52,835 bases of DNA, from positions 1 to 52,835 of the IMG/VR virus record IMGVR_UViG_3300001683_001688; one strand, written 5' to 3'. Every line of letters starts with the position of its first letter. The first letter of the stretch is position 1. Below, piece by piece: positions 1 through 9,962 of the stretch. The notes under the pieces are model-generated. The model searched no databases. It was not told the DNA's origin and saw only the letters and a program-made list of their open reading frames with translations. A program made the translations under genes and the position numbers. Source of the stretch: a virus. Lineage: Duplodnaviria; Caudoviricetes.

Positions 1-2
1 AA

Positions 3-668
3 GATAATGACGGACAGCCCTTTAAGGAGCTTTGGTTCTATTATAATATTGGAAAGGAGCGAGGTCTTCTAACTCCGAATCAGTTTGGAAACCCAGATCC
101 GATTCAGGAGCTAATCAACACTCTTCGAGAAGAGGGCTCTAAGGAGTCTTATGAACTCTGCAAGAAGCTCTATCCAAAGATGAGAACATATGCACCAGTT
201 ATCATTCGTGGCGAGGAAGATAAGGGTGTCCAGATATGGGGCTTTGGAAAAACTGTTTATCAAAATCTTCTTGGTCTTATGCTTGATGAGGACTACGGTG
301 ATATCACTGATCCGCAAGATGGTCGAGATGTAAAGGTGGTGTGTTCAAAGCAACCTGGAAAGAAGTGGGCAATGACAGAGGTCAGACCCCGCGGAAAGCA
401 GTCTCCGCTCTCATCTGACTCATCCCAGGCTAAAGAGTGGCTTAGCAATATCCCAAATCTTGATGATGTCTATCAGTCTAAGACTTACGATGAGCTTAGC
501 AAAATTATTAATGACTGGCTTAATGACGGAGATGATGCTAGCACAGATAATGTTGGAACGCAGAGAGGAAAGACTACAGCTGCAAAAACAGCTAAAAGTA
601 CAAACTCTGAATCTAACTCATCTGGCTATAGCAGCTTAGACGATGCATTTAAAGATCTAATGGACTAG
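3..668 (+). CDS. single-stranded DNA-binding protein, T4 gp32-like (5' truncated by window edge)
   Basis: Frame is open from position 3 (DNDGQPFKELWFYYNIG...DPIQEL...) into the listed 180..668 ORF. GVQIWGFGKTVY and DYGDITDPQDGRD motifs, an acidic C-terminal tail (LDDAFKDLMD), and position upstream of the recombinase. Confidence 0.8.
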   Translation, partial: DNDGQPFKELWFYYNIGKERGLLTPNQFGNPDPIQELINTLREEGSKESYELCKKLYPKMRTYAPVIIRGEEDKGVQIWGFGKTVYQNLLGLMLDEDYGDITDPQDGRDVKVVCSKQPGKKWAMTEVRPRGKQSPLSSDSSQAKEWLSNIPNLDDVYQSKTYDELSKIINDWLNDGDDASTDNVGTQRGKTTAAKTAKSTNSESNSSGYSSLDDAFKDLMD

Positions 669-694
669 TATCTTTTTTAAGCTTTTTTAAATTT

Positions 695-726
695 ATCGGG
701 AGGCGTAATTGCCTCCCGATTTTTAT
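695..726 (+). terminator. Rho-independent terminator
   Basis: Perfect 10-bp stem ATCGGGAGGC / GCCTCCCGAT with a 6-nt loop followed by a T-rich tract, right after the SSB stop. Confidence 0.85.
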
Positions 727-733
727 TAGTTTC

Positions 734-762
734 ATGAACAATTCTCACTATGTGTGTAAAAT
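734..762 (+). promoter_or_regulatory. sigma70-like promoter
   Basis: ATGAAC-N17-TAAAAT upstream of the recA RBS (GAGGA); same architecture recurs elsewhere in the window. Confidence 0.5.
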
Positions 763-782
763 AATAATGGTAAGAGGATAAA

Positions 783-1955
783 ATGGCATCAAAAAAAGAC
801 AAGAAGACTACTGAAGATTTTACAGTTGATTTAATATCTGCTTTAAACAAAGAGCACGGATCAAGGGTGGCTTACAACTTAAGCCAAGATGAATCACCTA
901 CACATGTAAAGAGGTGGATTAGCACAGGGTCTAGACAGCTAGACTACATTATTTCAAATAGGTCTGATGGTGGCTTGCCAGAGGGTAGAATTGTAGAGAT
1001 ATTTGGCCCACCATCAATAGGAAAGTCTCACATAGCAATTCAAATAGCAAGATCAACGCAAAGAATGGGCGGTGTTGTAGTCTACATAGATACTGAGAAT
1101 GCAACTAGTGTTGATAATCTCAAGATGCTTGGTGTCAACATATCAAAGAGATTTGTCTATGTAGACACTCACTGTACTGAGGAGGTCTTATCAATTGCAG
1201 AGTCTACAATTCTTAAGGCAAGGGCGATGGAAAAGGATGTTCCGATAACAATTATATGGGATTCTGTTGCTGCTTCTTCTCCGAAAGCTGAGCTTCTCGG
1301 TGATTACGACAAGGAGTCAATAGGTCTCCAAGCAAGAGCTATTTCAAAAGGAATGAGAAAGATAACAGGAATAATCGGCCAGACAAACACTCTTTTTGTT
1401 ATTCTTAATCAGATAAGAATGAAGATAGGTGTAATGTACGGAGATCCGACAACAACTCCAGGTGGGAAGGCCATTCCGTTTCATTCGTCAGTACGGATTA
1501 AGCTCGGTGCAGGGCAAAAAATTGAAAACAAGGATAAAGAAGTCATTGGAATTCATGTATCAGCCAAGACAATTAAAAACAAGGTAGCCCCTCCCTTTCG
1601 CACAGCTAATTTTGAGATCCATTTTGGAAAGGGAATTTATGAACACGAACAGGTATTTGATCTTCTTAGAAAGCATGGATCAGAGATTATTGCTGGAAAA
1701 GAGATTTGTGTGAGCGGAACAGGAAGCTGGAAATCTCTAACAGTTGTTGATACTAGTAGTGGACAAGAGATAGTAGAAAAGAAATTCTACAAAAGTGATT
1801 TTGACAAGATAATGAATAATACTGAGTATTCTGAGTATATAGATCAGCTTCTTGAATGTGCTATGATTAGAAATCTAAGCGAGGATCCGGATATAGATCC
1901 AGAATCTTTCGTAGAGGTATCAGCTGTTAAGGATATGCTTGAAGAGGCACTATAG
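783..1955 (+). CDS. recA: RecA/UvsX-family recombinase
   Basis: GGLPEGRIVEIFGPPSIGKS Walker A, YIDTE, WDSVAA Walker B, NQIRMKIGVMYGDPTTTPGGKAIPF, KNKVAPPFR. Confidence 0.95.
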   Translation: MASKKDKKTTEDFTVDLISALNKEHGSRVAYNLSQDESPTHVKRWISTGSRQLDYIISNRSDGGLPEGRIVEIFGPPSIGKSHIAIQIARSTQRMGGVVVYIDTENATSVDNLKMLGVNISKRFVYVDTHCTEEVLSIAESTILKARAMEKDVPITIIWDSVAASSPKAELLGDYDKESIGLQARAISKGMRKITGIIGQTNTLFVILNQIRMKIGVMYGDPTTTPGGKAIPFHSSVRIKLGAGQKIENKDKEVIGIHVSAKTIKNKVAPPFRTANFEIHFGKGIYEHEQVFDLLRKHGSEIIAGKEICVSGTGSWKSLTVVDTSSGQEIVEKKFYKSDFDKIMNNTEYSEYIDQLLECAMIRNLSEDPDIDPESFVEVSAVKDMLEEAL

Positions 1956-2917
1956 TGGTAGAAAATGAAAAAGATGTCATACTGATAGTTGACGCTTTAA
2001 ATTTATTTACTCGTCACTTTATTGCTCATCCTGCAACTGGAGAAAATGGACAGCACGTAGGGGGAATTGTTGGATTTCTATATGCAGTAACAAACTTTGT
2101 TGAAAAATACAAAGCAAAGTCTGTAATCATTGTGTGGGAAGGCGGCGGATCTAAGAGAAAAAGAGACATATACAAGAACTATAAACAAAAGAGAAGGCCG
2201 GAAAAGTTAAATAGATTCTATGAAGGTGACATACCAGACACAGTCGAGAATAGAAATCATCAGATATCAACGTTAATATCAATTTTTTCAAACCTTCCAG
2301 TTATTCAAATGTATGTGCCTGAGTGTGAAGCTGACGATGTCATAGGGTATATCTCAAGATATACATTTAAGAGTAATAGAAAACTAATAGTCTCATCAGA
2401 TAAAGATTTCTATCAGCTTCTTGATAGCAAGACTATAATATACTCTCCAACATGGAAAAAACTAGTTACATCAAAAGAGGTGAATGAGAAATTTAAGATA
2501 TCTCCTGAGAATTTTTGTCTCGCAAAGGCAGTTTGCGGAGATCCCTCTGATAATATTAAAGGAGTAAAAGGTGCAGGATTTAAAAGCCTTTCAAAAAGAT
2601 TTCCTGAATTTAATCACTCTGATACTTTTCACATATCAGATCTTATTACAAGGTGTGATGAGATGATTAGAGAAGGAGTAAAATTAAAAATTGTTGAGAA
2701 TATACATTCCTCTGAAGATCTCATAAGAAGAAATTGGAGGCTAATGTATCTTGATACAGCAAATCTAGCTGGGTCTCAAATAATAAAAATTGAAAACATT
2801 ATTGATACTTTTAGCCCAAATAGAAATAAAATTAACATAATGCGGATCCTTCTAGGAGAGGGAATTCAGCAGTTTAATGTCGACAGGATGTTCCTGTCTT
2901 TCAAATTCGTCGGATAA
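1955..2917 (+). CDS. 5'-3' exonuclease / flap endonuclease (PolA N-terminal / T4 RNase H-like)
   Basis: LIVDALN, EADDVIG, SSDKDFYQL and GDPSDNIKGV (H3TH) motifs. Confidence 0.9.
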   Translation: MVENEKDVILIVDALNLFTRHFIAHPATGENGQHVGGIVGFLYAVTNFVEKYKAKSVIIVWEGGGSKRKRDIYKNYKQKRRPEKLNRFYEGDIPDTVENRNHQISTLISIFSNLPVIQMYVPECEADDVIGYISRYTFKSNRKLIVSSDKDFYQLLDSKTIIYSPTWKKLVTSKEVNEKFKISPENFCLAKAVCGDPSDNIKGVKGAGFKSLSKRFPEFNHSDTFHISDLITRCDEMIREGVKLKIVENIHSSEDLIRRNWRLMYLDTANLAGSQIIKIENIIDTFSPNRNKINIMRILLGEGIQQFNVDRMFLSFKFVG

Positions 2918-2922
2918 TATAA

Positions 2923-4299
2923 ATGAATGATAGTCACCCGCATTTCGGACAATACGGAAAGCAATTTCAAGAGAAGATATTTCAGGGATTTATCACAGAT
3001 CAAAAATGGGCAGCACAAATGATCGAAGTGATGACGCCTGCGTACTTTGAATCAAAATACTTAAAATATCTTATTGAGAAATATTTTAGCTACTATCAAA
3101 AATACAAGGCTTTTCCAACTCTACCTCTTTTAATAACAATAATAAGGGATGACCTAAGGGAGGGAAATGATATAATTCTAAGAGACCAGATTGTAGAGTT
3201 TCTTCATCGAATCAAGATGAATCCAGATATTGGAGATCTAGGGTTTGTCAAAGATAAGTCTCTTGAGTTTTGCAAGAAGCAGGCTCTTAAAGATGCTCTT
3301 GAGCGCGCAGTTGAACTAATAGCAACTGACAAGTATGAATCAGTTGTAGATCTCATGAAAAACGCAATACTGAAGGGTATGCCATCTTCAATTGGTCATA
3401 ATTTCTTTGAAGACTTTGATGCAAGATTTGCAAGAATATCAAGAGTCACATGTCCGCTTGGCTTAAAGCAGCTTGATAAGAAAGATGTTTTAAACGGAGG
3501 CTTAGGGCGAGGAGAGATAGGTGTTATCACAGCACCAACTGGTGTTGGAAAGTCTCACTTCTTAGTTCATGCTGGTGTTGAAGCTCTAAAGGTGGGAAAG
3601 AATGTTGTTCATTATACATTTGAACTCTCAGAAAATGCTGTAGGCTTAAGGTATGATAGTAATCTTTGTAGTATTCCTAGTAATGATGTCATTGATCATA
3701 AAGATGAGGTCATAGAAAAATATAATAATATGGATCTTGGAAGGCTAATAATCAAGGAGTATCCTACAGGGTCTGCAACGGTTCTTACTTTAAGAAATCA
3801 TATAGAGAAGCTTTTACTCAAATCATTCGTTCCTAGCTTAATAATTATTGATTATGCGGATATTATGAGATCTTCAAGAAGATTCGATTCTCTTCGCCAT
3901 GAGTTAAAGTTAATTTACGAAGAGTTGAGGAATCTTGCTATGGATCTAGGGCTGCCTATATGGACTGCTTCACAAGCAAATAGGGAGGCATCAAATGCAG
4001 ATATTGTGGGCTTAGAAAATATGGCAGAGGCATATGGAAAGGCAATGGTTGCAGATGTTGTCCTCTCTATGTCTAGAAAACCACTTGAAAAAGCCAGCGG
4101 TACAGGAAGATTATTTGTTGCAAAAAATAGAGCAGGCAGAGATGGCATATTATTTCCTATACACTTAGATTGCTCTATGTCAAAATTGAAAATCGTAAAT
4201 GATTCAGATGAGATGACACTCAACGAAGTGATGAAATCTGACTCTACATCTATGAAAAAATTGCTTAAGCAAAAGTGGAAAGAAGTTAACGGTGAGTGA
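2923..4299 (+). CDS. dnaB: replicative DNA helicase, DnaB/gp41 family
   Basis: APTGVGKS Walker A, YTFELS, IIDYAD Walker B, WTASQANR, AKNRAG. Confidence 0.92.
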   Translation: MNDSHPHFGQYGKQFQEKIFQGFITDQKWAAQMIEVMTPAYFESKYLKYLIEKYFSYYQKYKAFPTLPLLITIIRDDLREGNDIILRDQIVEFLHRIKMNPDIGDLGFVKDKSLEFCKKQALKDALERAVELIATDKYESVVDLMKNAILKGMPSSIGHNFFEDFDARFARISRVTCPLGLKQLDKKDVLNGGLGRGEIGVITAPTGVGKSHFLVHAGVEALKVGKNVVHYTFELSENAVGLRYDSNLCSIPSNDVIDHKDEVIEKYNNMDLGRLIIKEYPTGSATVLTLRNHIEKLLLKSFVPSLIIIDYADIMRSSRRFDSLRHELKLIYEELRNLAMDLGLPIWTASQANREASNADIVGLENMAEAYGKAMVADVVLSMSRKPLEKASGTGRLFVAKNRAGRDGILFPIHLDCSMSKLKIVNDSDEMTLNEVMKSDSTSMKKLLKQKWKEVNGE

Positions 4300-4332
4300 T
4301 ATTTGTTGTAAGAATTAATTCTAGGATTTAAA

Positions 4333-6864
4333 GTGAAATTAAAGTTTAATCAAGTTTTTGACAAGAGTGTAGAGTATTTTAATGGTGATACTTTACCTGC
4401 AAACGTGTTTACTACAAAGTATGCTCTAACTAATAGAGACGGAGAGTTTGTTGAATCTTGTCCCGATGATATGCATAAGCGATTAGCTAGTGAGTTTGCA
4501 AGAATAGAGGCAAATTACTCAAACCCACTTTCAGAGAAAGAGATATACAATCTTTTTAAAGATTTTAAGTACGTAGTTCCCCAAGGCAGTCCGATGGCTG
4601 GAATTGGAAATGACAATCAGATTCAATCAATATCAAACTGTTTTGTCATACAACAACCTCACGATTCATACGGTGGAATTTTAAAGACTGACCAGGAGCT
4701 TGTACAGATTGCAAAACGACGTGGAGGTGTAGGTTTTGATATTTCCATGCTTAGACCAAAAAGTATGCCAACTGGCAATGCAGCAAGGACAACTGACGGA
4801 ATAGAAATCTTTATGGATAGGTTCTCTAACTCTTGCAGAGAGGTGGCACAAGGCGGCAGAAGAGGAGCATTGATGATAACCATCTCTGTTCATCATCCTC
4901 AGATACGTGATTTTACAAAGATCAAAAGAGATATAAAGAGAGTAACTGGAGCAAACATATCAATTAAATTGACTGATGAGTTTATGAACGCTGTGAAAAG
5001 TGATTCAGATGTTCAGCTAAGATGGCCCGTTGATTCATTATCTCCAGAGGTCTCTGAGATGGTATCGTCTAGAGCACTTTGGCATGAGATAATAGAGTCA
5101 GCTCACTCTTCAGCAGAGCCAGGTTTGTTGTTTTGGGATACTGCAAAGAGAATGACTCCGTCAGACATATACTCAGATGAGGGGTTTGGATCAGTGTCTA
5201 CTAATCCGTGCGGAGAGATAATCTTGTCTCCTTACGATAGTTGTAGACTCATGCTTATTAATTTAACTTCTTTTGTAAAGAATCCGTGGTGTGATAATTC
5301 AGAATTTGATTATAAAAATTTTGGGAATATTGTCCAAAAGGCACAACGCTTAATGGATGATATGGTAGATCTTGAGATTGAGCAGGTTAATAAAATTTTA
5401 AGAAAGATAGATGAGGATCCTGAACCTGATGAAGTTAAGAGAATAGAGAGAGATCTCTGGACCAATATAGAGACTCAGGCTCAGCTAGGAAGAAGAACAG
5501 GCCTCGGAGTCACTGGCGTCGGAGATGCTTTGGCAATGTTAGGTCAAAGATACGGAAGCGAGAAGAGCATAGAGACTGTTGAAAAACTTTATAAGTCTTT
5601 GGCTTTAAATGCATATAGATCATCTTGTATTCTTGCAAAGGAGCGAGGAGCATTTGAAGTACATAATCATGATAAAGAAAGAGGCCATCCATTTCTTGAA
5701 AGAATATGGGAAGCAGCACCTGATGTATACGATATGTCAAAGAAATACGGTAGAAGAAACATTGCACTAACAACAACAGCACCTGCTGGGTCTGTTTCAA
5801 CATTAACCCAGACAACGTCTGGAATAGAGCCAGTATTTAAGCTTCACTATACTAGAAGAAAGAAGTTAACAGGGCAGGATGCTGATGGAAGAGTTGACTT
5901 TGTAGATGATAGCGGAGATAAGTGGCAAGAGTACACTGTGTATCACCACGGATTTAAGTCATGGATGTCATCATCTTCAGGCGGTATATGGTCAAAGGAA
6001 GATCTTTCAGATGCTAAGCTAGTAGAAGACAGTCCGTATTTTAAATCTACGTCAAGTGAAATAGATTGGGTTTCAAAAGTTAAAATGCAGGCAGCCGCAC
6101 AAAAGTGGGTTTGTCATGCAATATCAAATACAACAAATTTACCTGAAGATGTAGACATTGAAACAGTTAAAGATGTTTATATGACTGGGTGGCAGCTTGG
6201 ATGCAAAGGAGTTACAGTCTATAGAGAGGGATCTAGGACTGGGGTTTTAGTATCATCAAACACAACAAATAATGATGAAAAACCGTGTAAGAGAAATGGA
6301 AGTAAAATAGTATACAATGATGCACCAAAACGACCAAGAGAGCTTCCATGCTCTGTTCACACAGCTAATATTAAGGGTGAAAGCTGGACAATACTAGTAG
6401 GAATGATGGATGGAAATCCATATGAGGTTATTGGCGGTTTATCAAAATATGTAGAGATTCCAAAAAAGTATACTGAAGGTATTATAATAAAACACCCTAG
6501 AAAAACTATGAATTCAAAGTACGATCTTAAGTTTGGAGAAAATGGAGATGAGGTAGTAATAAAAGATATAGTCTCTGTGTTTGATAATCCAAACTACGCA
6601 GGTTTTACAAGGACGCTATCTTTAACAATGCGACATGGTGTCCCTATCAACTTTATAGTTGAGCAGCTTCAAAAAGATAGAGACGCTGATCTGTTTAGCT
6701 TTGCAAAGGTTGTCTCTAGAGTTCTTAAGAAGTATATCGAGGATGGAACAAAGCCAGGAAACGGATCTTTTGAGTGTTGGTGCAAGGCTGAAGAAGACAA
6801 AGAGATATCATATCAGGAAGGATGTGTTACATGTTTATCATGCGGTTTTGCAAAGTGTGGATAA
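4333..6864 (+). CDS. nrdJ: adenosylcobalamin-dependent (class II) ribonucleotide reductase
   Basis: SNCFV, RRGGVG, GGRRGA, TNPCGEI, RRTGLG, TTAPAGS, GCKGVTVYR, C-terminal domain ending CVTCLSCGFAKCG; no small-subunit gene adjacent. Confidence 0.9.
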   Translation: MKLKFNQVFDKSVEYFNGDTLPANVFTTKYALTNRDGEFVESCPDDMHKRLASEFARIEANYSNPLSEKEIYNLFKDFKYVVPQGSPMAGIGNDNQIQSISNCFVIQQPHDSYGGILKTDQELVQIAKRRGGVGFDISMLRPKSMPTGNAARTTDGIEIFMDRFSNSCREVAQGGRRGALMITISVHHPQIRDFTKIKRDIKRVTGANISIKLTDEFMNAVKSDSDVQLRWPVDSLSPEVSEMVSSRALWHEIIESAHSSAEPGLLFWDTAKRMTPSDIYSDEGFGSVSTNPCGEIILSPYDSCRLMLINLTSFVKNPWCDNSEFDYKNFGNIVQKAQRLMDDMVDLEIEQVNKILRKIDEDPEPDEVKRIERDLWTNIETQAQLGRRTGLGVTGVGDALAMLGQRYGSEKSIETVEKLYKSLALNAYRSSCILAKERGAFEVHNHDKERGHPFLERIWEAAPDVYDMSKKYGRRNIALTTTAPAGSVSTLTQTTSGIEPVFKLHYTRRKKLTGQDADGRVDFVDDSGDKWQEYTVYHHGFKSWMSSSSGGIWSKEDLSDAKLVEDSPYFKSTSSEIDWVSKVKMQAAAQKWVCHAISNTTNLPEDVDIETVKDVYMTGWQLGCKGVTVYREGSRTGVLVSSNTTNNDEKPCKRNGSKIVYNDAPKRPRELPCSVHTANIKGESWTILVGMMDGNPYEVIGGLSKYVEIPKKYTEGIIIKHPRKTMNSKYDLKFGENGDEVVIKDIVSVFDNPNYAGFTRTLSLTMRHGVPINFIVEQLQKDRDADLFSFAKVVSRVLKKYIEDGTKPGNGSFECWCKAEEDKEISYQEGCVTCLSCGFAKCG

Positions 6865-6867
6865 GCT

Positions 6868-7596
6868 ATGACAATAATATCACATTCACGAAAATTTATA
6901 TTTCTAAAATCAGAAAAGACTGCAGGGACAAGTCTTCTTCAATCTCTTGGAAAACATTGCGGTAATAAAGATATTGTTTGCGGCACAGGCAGAAAATATC
7001 ATAGTGAATATCCCGACTATAGTAAAAATAACGAAGGATTTATACAGCACATGACAAGTGAAAGAATTATTAGAGAGATACAGCCAAGATATAAAAACTG
7101 GAAAGAAATATGGAACTCTTATTTTAAATTTACATCTATAAGAAATCCCTGGGATCAGCATGTCTCAAACTATTGCTGGAACTATGCAAAGGCTGGTATT
7201 AACAATCCTATTGATAAAAAAAAAATAGCCATGCCAGGAGATAAAAATTTTAAAAATTTATTTAAGGAATCTATTAACTCTCAAGAATCATGCAATTGGG
7301 AAAAATATTACTTTTACAATAATCTTCCAGTAGCAGATTTTTACATAAGATTTGAATATCTAGAAGAGGATTTTAAACATGTGTGTAGAAAACTAGACAT
7401 CAAAGATGCTTCTCTTCCTATTATGAAACGCTACAAGGAAAGAGAAATAGGTAGATTTTCGTATAGAAAATTTTACGATAAAGAGACTAGACAGCTTGTT
7501 TATAATAAACATATAAATATAATTGAATCATTTGGCTATAAGTTTAATGATAGCTCCAATGTAAAAAATACAATTGAAAATGTGAATAAACTATGA
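6868..7596 (+). CDS. sulfotransferase family 2 protein (copy 1)
   Basis: 5'-PAPS-binding-like FLKSEKTAGTS, 3'-PB-like FTSIRNPWD, and DFYIRFEYLEEDF typical of Sulfotransfer_2 proteins. Confidence 0.8.
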   Translation: MTIISHSRKFIFLKSEKTAGTSLLQSLGKHCGNKDIVCGTGRKYHSEYPDYSKNNEGFIQHMTSERIIREIQPRYKNWKEIWNSYFKFTSIRNPWDQHVSNYCWNYAKAGINNPIDKKKIAMPGDKNFKNLFKESINSQESCNWEKYYFYNNLPVADFYIRFEYLEEDFKHVCRKLDIKDASLPIMKRYKEREIGRFSYRKFYDKETRQLVYNKHINIIESFGYKFNDSSNVKNTIENVNKL

Positions 7597-8345
7597 CAAT
7601 AATATCACATTCACGAAAATTTATATTTCTAAAATCAGAAAAGACTGCAGGGACAAGCATATTGCAATCACTAGGCAAACATTGTGCTGGTGAAGATATA
7701 GTTTGTGGAACATCTAGACGCTATCACAGAGATTATAAAGATTATAGTATGAACAATAGTGGATTCGATATTCACATGACTAGTGATGCTGCTGTAAGCG
7801 CAATGCAATCTAAGTACAAAAAATGCTGGAAAGAAATGTGGAACTCTTATTTTAAATTTACAAGTATAAGAAATCCCTGGGACCAATACGTTTCAAGCTA
7901 TTGCTGGACTATGGCAAAAAGGTGTATAATGGAGGGTCGATCCGCTCAGCACATTAGTAAAAGCATTATTATGCCAGACAGACCAGATTTTAAAGATCAC
8001 TTTGCTAGACATATTCAGCTCTCTAATTCTAACAACTGGGAAAAATATTATTTTTGTAACAATCTTCCAGTAGCAGATTTTTACATAAGATTTGAATATC
8101 TAGAAGAGGATTTTGAATTTATATGTAAAAAACTAGATATCAAATACAAGTCGCTTCCTTTTATGAAAAATTATCAAGAAAGAAGAAGAGATGAATATCA
8201 CTATGCTGACTTTTATAATGAAGAGACTAGACAGCTTGTTTACAACAAGCATATAAATATAATTGAATCATTTGGCTATAAGTTTAATGATAGCTCCAAT
8301 GTAAAAAACACATTGAAAAATATTTATAGACATAATGATAAATAA
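7593..8345 (+). CDS. sulfotransferase family 2 protein (copy 2, tandem paralog)
   Basis: Same motifs as copy 1; N- and C-terminal DNA nearly identical to 6868..7596. Confidence 0.8.
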   Translation: MTIISHSRKFIFLKSEKTAGTSILQSLGKHCAGEDIVCGTSRRYHRDYKDYSMNNSGFDIHMTSDAAVSAMQSKYKKCWKEMWNSYFKFTSIRNPWDQYVSSYCWTMAKRCIMEGRSAQHISKSIIMPDRPDFKDHFARHIQLSNSNNWEKYYFCNNLPVADFYIRFEYLEEDFEFICKKLDIKYKSLPFMKNYQERRRDEYHYADFYNEETRQLVYNKHINIIESFGYKFNDSSNVKNTLKNIYRHNDK

Positions 8346-8358
8346 GCTAAGGAGTGAA

Positions 8359-8745
8359 GTGGCATATTCAGAAAAAGTAATTGATCATTTTGATAATCCT
8401 AAGAATGTAGGATCACTTGACAAGAATGATCCTTCAGTGGGAACTGGGTTGGTCGGAGCACCAGCCTGCGGCGATGTGATGAAATTACAAATTAAGATTA
8501 GTGATGAAGGTATTATTGAAGACGCAAAATTTAAGACATTTGGTTGCGGCTCTGCAATAGCATCTAGCTCTTTAATTACAACCTGGGTTATGGGTAAATC
8601 AATTTATGATGCATCACTTATTAAGAATTCTGATATTGCAGAAGAGCTTAATTTACCTCCAGTGAAGATTCATTGCTCTGTGCTTGCAGAAGATGCAATA
8701 AAGGCAGCAATTAAGGACTACAGGAATAAAAATGAAAATAAGTGA
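8359..8745 (+). CDS. iscU: Fe-S cluster scaffold IscU
   Basis: MAYSEKVIDHF (GTG start after AAGGAG), GAPACGDVMKLQI, KTFGCGSAIASSS, LPPVKIHCSVLAEDA. Confidence 0.95.
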   Translation: MAYSEKVIDHFDNPKNVGSLDKNDPSVGTGLVGAPACGDVMKLQIKISDEGIIEDAKFKTFGCGSAIASSSLITTWVMGKSIYDASLIKNSDIAEELNLPPVKIHCSVLAEDAIKAAIKDYRNKNENK

Positions 8746-9028
8746 CATACAAGACTTAATAGATGAAGAAATTAACCCTGTACTTGAGTCACATGGCGGG
8801 TTTATATCGATTAAAGAACTTGATGAGTCTAATAAGATTTTGAAGCTTATTATGGGCGGCGGTTGTCAAGGTTGTGCATCTTCAAAGACGACAATGATAA
8901 ACGGCGTCAGAGGGCATATAATGGAAGCATTTCCAGAGATCATAGAAATCGAAGACGTGACAGATCACATTGCAGGTGAAAATCCATACTATGCTAACGG
9001 GGACACAGATGGCAATAACAATAACTAA
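8732..9028 (+). CDS. NifU C-terminal / NfuA-like Fe-S carrier
   Basis: INPVLESHGG, MGGGCQGCASS, DVTDHIAGENPYY. Confidence 0.88.
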   Translation: MKISDIQDLIDEEINPVLESHGGFISIKELDESNKILKLIMGGGCQGCASSKTTMINGVRGHIMEAFPEIIEIEDVTDHIAGENPYYANGDTDGNNNN

Positions 9029-9335
9029 TTTTGCTAAAGATAAAATAAGCACTATTCTTAAACAGCGACAGACACCTGATTACTATCTTAAAGTATCACT
9101 TCAAGGAGGCGGTTGCTCTGGCTTTATGTATAGCTATGATTTTATTAAATCTCCTGACGATAAAGATAAGGTATTTGACTTTCAAACAGTTAAGATTTGT
9201 ATAGATATCAAATCTTATCTTTTTTTAAATGGAATGGAAATTGATTATCAAGAAGATTTACTTAAGTCTGGTTTGGTGTTTAATAACCCCAAGGTCACAA
9301 GATCTTGCGGGTGCGGGGAATCAGTAACATTTTAA
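9009..9335 (+). CDS. iscA: A-type Fe-S carrier (IscA/HesB family)
   Basis: MAITIT start, GGGCSGFMY, IDIKSYLFLNG, FNNP, CGCGES. Confidence 0.92.
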   Translation: MAITITNFAKDKISTILKQRQTPDYYLKVSLQGGGCSGFMYSYDFIKSPDDKDKVFDFQTVKICIDIKSYLFLNGMEIDYQEDLLKSGLVFNNPKVTRSCGCGESVTF

Positions 9336-9352
9336 CAATTTTGAGGTTGTAA

Positions 9353-9955
9353 ATGAAGTGGGTAACGAAAATATCTCCTCTAATAAAGGAGATAGAGCTT
9401 AGAAAGAATCCCGTAATAGTAAGGGTAAATAAGTTTGATGAAGATTCAGCAAAGAAATTTGATCAAGAAGTAGCGCAAGCACACAATACAGGCCAAAAAG
9501 TAATACCTGTTGTGATTGACTCTTATGGCGGTCAAGTTTATAGTTTAATGTCTATGATTAGTGCAATAAAGAATGCAGAACTACCTGTTGCAACAATAGT
9601 AGAGGGAAAGGCGATGTCATGCGGTGCTATTCTCTTCTCTTTTGGAACAGACGGGTATAGATTTATGGACCCTAACGCAACAGTTATGATTCATGATGTC
9701 TCGTCTATGGATATGGGAAAGGTTGAGGAGCTTAAGGCTGGCGCAAAAGAAGCAGACAGATTAAACGAAATTGTTTATAAGATGATGGCACAAAATTGTG
9801 GAAAAAAAGACGATTATTTTATGAAGATTGTCGATAAAAAGAAACATGCAGATTGGTTTTTAGATGCTGAAGAGGCGAAAAAGCACGGTATGGCAAATCA
9901 TTTAAGGGTGCCAAAAATTAATATCTCTGTCGATGTTAGCATAGATTTTGAATAG
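9353..9955 (+). CDS. clpP: ClpP-like serine protease
   Basis: IDSYGG, GKAMSCGA (catalytic Ser), PNATVMIHD (catalytic His), DWFLDAEEAKKHG. Confidence 0.85.
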   Translation: MKWVTKISPLIKEIELRKNPVIVRVNKFDEDSAKKFDQEVAQAHNTGQKVIPVVIDSYGGQVYSLMSMISAIKNAELPVATIVEGKAMSCGAILFSFGTDGYRFMDPNATVMIHDVSSMDMGKVEELKAGAKEADRLNEIVYKMMAQNCGKKDDYFMKIVDKKKHADWFLDAEEAKKHGMANHLRVPKINISVDVSIDFE

Positions 9956-9962
9956 TGAAAAT

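Noticed and set aside
6868-8345. Diversity-generating retroelement TR/VR pair
   Set aside because: Differences between the copies are not adenine-specific, both copies are whole genes, and no reverse transcriptase is present.
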